Shown here one piece after another: positions 60,663-64,000 of a stretch of 64,000 bases of DNA. The stretch spans positions 3,797 to 67,796 of the forward strand of contig NZ_JACJTT010000029.1 of the NCBI RefSeq assembly GCF_014698825.1, given 5' to 3'. The notes beneath the pieces were generated by a model. The model ran no database searches. It was not told the origin of the DNA and was given only the letters and a program-made list of their open reading frames with translations. This DNA comes from Richelia sinica FACHB-800 (GTDB taxonomy: Bacteria > Cyanobacteriota > Cyanobacteriia > Cyanobacteriales > Nostocaceae). A program made the position numbers and the translations under genes. The first letter of the stretch is position 1; the number at the start of each line of letters is the position of its first letter.

Positions 60663-61445
60663 CTATTGTCCTAAATAAGCTTCTAAAACTTGAGGATTTG
60701 TTTGGATTTCTGCGGGACGACCAACAGCTAGATTTTGTCCTTCAGCTAAGACCCAGACGCGATCGCATAAGGACATGATCACATCCATGTTGTGTTCAAT
60801 AATTAAAAATGTCAAACCCTCGTCTCGATTCCAGGTGACAATGCGATCGCATATATCATCTATTAATCGGGGATTCACACCAGCTGCCGGTTCATCCAAT
60901 AAAATTAACTTGGGATTAGTCATTAATGCTCGTCCCATCTCCAGTAGTTTCCGTTGTCCCCCAGATAAACCACCAGCATAGTCATGGGCTTTTTTGGCTA
61001 ACCCCACGGACTCTAATAAAAACATTGCCCGTTCTTTGAGTTGTTTTTCTTCCTTTGCCACAATATGGGGTTGAAATTGCACCTGCCAAAAATTTTCACC
61101 TGTTTGTTTTTGTGCCGCCAATAACATATTTTCTAGCACTGACAAGCGAGACAAGGCACGAGCAACCTGAAAAGTACGCACCAAACCCTGTTGGGCAATT
61201 TGATGAGGTTGTAACTGATGAATTGGTTCCCCATCAAAGATAATTCTGCCTTTATCAGGGCGAATAAAATTAGACAGAAGATTGAATAAAGTTGTTTTTC
61301 CAGCCCCATTGGGGCCAATCAAGCCTGTGATACTGCCTTGAGCAACTTCAATATTAGCCTCCTTCACAGCTTGAATCCCACCAAAACTTTTACACAGTCC
61401 AGTCGCTGCTAACAGAGGTAATTGGGTTGACTGATTATTTACCAA
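60663..61445 (-). CDS. ABC transporter ATP-binding protein, branched-chain amino acid type (LivG/NatA-like)
   Basis: Walker A GPNGAGKTT, signature LSGGQRKLLEMGRAL, Walker B LILLDEPAAG; 260 aa; 11-nt overlap with the upstream permease. Confidence 0.85.
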   Translation of the reverse strand: MVNNQSTQLPLLAATGLCKSFGGIQAVKEANIEVAQGSITGLIGPNGAGKTTLFNLLSNFIRPDKGRIIFDGEPIHQLQPHQIAQQGLVRTFQVARALSRLSVLENMLLAAQKQTGENFWQVQFQPHIVAKEEKQLKERAMFLLESVGLAKKAHDYAGGLSGGQRKLLEMGRALMTNPKLILLDEPAAGVNPRLIDDICDRIVTWNRDEGLTFLIIEHNMDVIMSLCDRVWVLAEGQNLAVGRPAEIQTNPQVLEAYLGQ

Positions 61446-62568
61446 GGGTAAGTTCCTCCTTCTTGCCTAAGATACCTTGTGGCCGCCAAATCATCAGTAC
61501 CATCAAAATCAGACCAATGACCATAATCCGAAATGCACCAATCCTTTCTACATCCAAAGGCACAATCTTCGGTAGAAACTCCCGTGTCAAGGCATCGTAA
61601 GCAAAGTAAATGACTGCACCTAAAATCGTACCAATGTTGTTGCCAGAACCACCTAAAATCACCATAATCCAAGCATCGAAGGTGAGTTGAGGCTGAAAGT
61701 TATCAGGATAAATAGCACTAAGTTGCCAAGCAAAAAACGCACCTGCAATGCCAGCGATCGCTCCCCCCAACATTAAAGATTGTAATTTATAGGCAAATAC
61801 ATTTTTACCCAAAGCTTTCGGCACTTCTTCATCCTCACGAATAGCTTTGAGAACTCTCCCCCAAGGCGATCGTACCAAAATCTCTAACCGCCAAAACACA
61901 AAGGCTAACACCAACAACGACAGCACCATCAGACCGGCCTTGGGATTGTAATTATATAAACTAATTACCCCAGAAACATAAATTGCCACAGCTAATAAAG
62001 CAAAAATTGTCCCTACTCCCAACCGTGAGAAAAATTCCTGCTGACTGCTACTGAGTTTACTGCCATTGTTATTTACAGCCTTTTGGGCAGTTCTCACCCA
62101 ACCCCAGAGGGAAAATAGGGTAATCAAAGTTAATCCAGTCAAGACAAAAATCATCACCCAGCGAAACAGTAAATTCGGTTCTGTCCCTAAGGGAATCACA
62201 TAACTTTGCACACCAAAAGCCCCAGAAACCCAACTATCTCCCACTGGTAAATCTTGGTTATTGATAACTAACCTGATTAATTCCCCAGTCCCAATAGTAA
62301 CAATAGCGAGATAATCCTCTCGTAATCGCAGGGTGGCAAAACCAATCACCAAACCCAACAATGCCGCAATTATCCCCCCAATAATCACCGCCAGAAATAA
62401 AGGTACTCCTTTTAAACTTAATAAGACAGTGGTATATGCGCCCAATGTCATAAAAGCGATATTGCCAAAGTTGATTAGTCCCGTAAAACCCCATTGTAAA
62501 TTTAGTCCCAGGGCAAACAAACTAAATACAGCGGTAGAAATTGCCAGAAAAATTAGATACTCAACCAT
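61435..62568 (-). CDS. ABC transporter permease, LivM/NatC-like (branched-chain/neutral amino acid)
   Basis: 377 aa; LivM-type TM pattern with long internal hydrophilic loop; operonic with the LivG-like ATPase. Confidence 0.8.
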   Translation of the reverse strand: MVEYLIFLAISTAVFSLFALGLNLQWGFTGLINFGNIAFMTLGAYTTVLLSLKGVPLFLAVIIGGIIAALLGLVIGFATLRLREDYLAIVTIGTGELIRLVINNQDLPVGDSWVSGAFGVQSYVIPLGTEPNLLFRWVMIFVLTGLTLITLFSLWGWVRTAQKAVNNNGSKLSSSQQEFFSRLGVGTIFALLAVAIYVSGVISLYNYNPKAGLMVLSLLVLAFVFWRLEILVRSPWGRVLKAIREDEEVPKALGKNVFAYKLQSLMLGGAIAGIAGAFFAWQLSAIYPDNFQPQLTFDAWIMVILGGSGNNIGTILGAVIYFAYDALTREFLPKIVPLDVERIGAFRIMVIGLILMVLMIWRPQGILGKKEELTLGK

Positions 62569-62911
62569 CTTCAGTCATAGATTTGATCACTACTTGTCAT
62601 CAAAGGTGAGAAATTATCGTCATGGTCAGGTCAGCGATGACATAACCTACCTACACAAACCAGACACTGACAGACTTTCCATCCCTTCTTCTTTTCCCTG
62701 CTATCTTAATCTGCCACACCCATAAGTTAAACAATTTTCCTTAGCCGTCTGATACAAGTTCTCATTTTTCACCCCTTTCCTACCTCTTGGCAGACAACTA
62801 AAAATATTTATACCTGACTTATCCTGATCTTCCATCCCAAGATATATGCTGTTCACCATCACTGTTTTATGGGAAAAATAAAGTTGTTGTACTCGAACAA
62901 CACATCAGCAT

Positions 62912-63109
62912 ATGAATTTACTCAGAATTAGAATGCATCACCTCATCGAACAAATATCCGATGATAACCTCAATGCCGTCTGGGAATTGGTTTATGCTTT
63001 ACACGCTGACTGCTATATGCTCAAAGCTATAGAAGAAGGTAAGCGATCGCAACAACCATGGGATGTACTCAACCGTGATGAAGCACTCAAAGAGCTAATG
63101 TTTTTATAA
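62912..63109 (+). CDS. putative antitoxin partner of the downstream RelE/ParE-like gene
   Basis: 65 aa, 50 nt upstream of the toxin-like ORF; support is position only. Confidence 0.3.
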   Translation: MNLLRIRMHHLIEQISDDNLNAVWELVYALHADCYMLKAIEEGKRSQQPWDVLNRDEALKELMFL

Positions 63110-63159
63110 ATTCCTATGTCCTCATCCTAACAAGCTGGTTGTCAACAAGGTGATAGCGA

Positions 63160-63417
63160 GTGAACCTGGAAATACGCTACTCTAAATCTTTTTTACTGGA
63201 CTTGAAAAGTTTAGAACCTGCTGCCTATGAGCGGGTATATAATTTCGTCTTCGTCGCATTGTCAGGAAATTGGCAGTTGCATCATCTCCCAGAACTGCGA
63301 CGACTAGACCAAGAAGGCATTTTTTATCGTTTCACATTAGACGAATACCTCATTGGCATAGAACTCAGAGGCGAAATCGTCAAATTTTTGCGCGTTGTCC
63401 CTATGCCTGAAGTGTAA
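63160..63417 (+). CDS. RelE/ParE-like type II toxin candidate
   Basis: 85 aa; N-terminal IRYSKSFLLDLKSL and C-terminal YRFTLDEYLIGIELRGEIVKFLRVV resemble the RelE/ParE beta-sheet core. Confidence 0.4.
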   Translation: MNLEIRYSKSFLLDLKSLEPAAYERVYNFVFVALSGNWQLHHLPELRRLDQEGIFYRFTLDEYLIGIELRGEIVKFLRVVPMPEV

Positions 63418-63697
63418 AGACAAAATATCATCTCATCAGGTTTCATCTATTTACCTTCAATAACTGACCAAACAGCCAACACTGACTGCCAAACCCTTGC
63501 ACAGTCCACAGCCTCAATGCTGTCGCTATAGCTATCCACACAAGCACTGCCAACACCTCACATCGTATTCATCTACTGCTCTAATCTTGCTTGTCTGCTA
63601 GGCTTCCATTTAGGTTGAAAATGTAAAACCCTTGCTGTACTGTACAAGGCATTACGACTGCTTCTAAAAAAAGCTCAAAAAAAATAAGCAAAGGGGG

Positions 63698-63727
63698 TTG
63701 ACAAAGGGAGGGGTTAGGGGATAGAGT
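63698..63727 (+). promoter_or_regulatory. candidate sigma70-type rRNA promoter (TTGACA-18 nt-TAGAGT)
   Basis: Perfect -35 hexamer TTGACA at 63698..63703 and TAGAGT at 63722..63727, about 185 nt upstream of the 16S 5' end, in an A/G-rich leader. Confidence 0.4.
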
Positions 63728-63912
63728 AATAAAGGTGAGAGGCGAAAGAGAAAACGCGCTCCCAACTGAACCGAGAAAAGATAATACTTTGAAAGCCAAA
63801 GAAACCAATCCTCGTCAAGAGAATGAAACTTTGAGCGAAGACTCAAAGGAAATTATAGAGGATTCGGAAAGAATTTTCTAATAATAAAAGAGAAAGAGCT
63901 AAAAGCAAACTT

Positions 63913-64000
<88 letters not shown>

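Noticed and set aside
60663-62568. Assigning the ABC pair to urea transport (urtCD) or naming it natCA
   Set aside because: No urtE-like second ATPase or periplasmic binding protein gene is adjacent. LivM/LivG-like features alone cannot distinguish NatCA from other HAAT-family systems, so symbols were left blank.

Overview
The window is a 64 kb chromosomal segment from a filamentous cyanobacterium, most likely heterocyst-forming (Nostoc/Anabaena-like). The organism call rests on psbI, petJ (cytochrome c6), a CcmP-type tandem BMC shell gene, glgC, many HIP1 (GCGATCGC) sites, STRR heptamer tandem repeats such as (GGTGACA)n and (CCAATTA)n, and the 5' end of a cyanobacterial 16S rRNA at the right edge.

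Gene content: about 60 CDS are mostly housekeeping (glgC, glycogen debranching enzyme, 2-Cys peroxiredoxin, DnaJ-like, pdhA, rbgA/ylqF, murF, scpA, pdxH, panE, a LivG/LivM-type ABC pair), plus one tRNA-Lys(UUU). Several coordinates use internal ATG starts where the ORF track began at an upstream TTG/GTG or a far-upstream Met.

Main finding: a coherent sulfur-metabolism accessory block at about 47.3-59.3 kb.
- tauE/safE, a YgaP-like rhodanese and an ETHE1-like persulfide dioxygenase form an operon on the minus strand.
- Divergently from it sit five genes hdrC1-hdrB1-hdrA-hdrC2-hdrB2 in the sHdr-like (sulfur-oxidising heterodisulfide reductase) order.
- A type I sulfide:quinone oxidoreductase (sqr) and the hybrid cluster protein (hcp) follow.
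- The block carries cluster-specific intergenic repeat and palindrome elements.

Other notable regions:
- A low-GC (roughly 27% GC by eye) island at about 43.9-47.2 kb with gene remnants, a 307-aa protein of unknown function and a YefM/YoeB toxin-antitoxin pair.
- Several small ORFs with double-glycine leader motifs, one with a His/Tyr-rich core.
- An SPFH (Band_7_1) protein with two GYF (DUF4339) repeats next to a double zinc-ribbon membrane protein.
- An IS-transposase fragment.
- A second putative toxin-antitoxin pair just upstream of the rRNA promoter.
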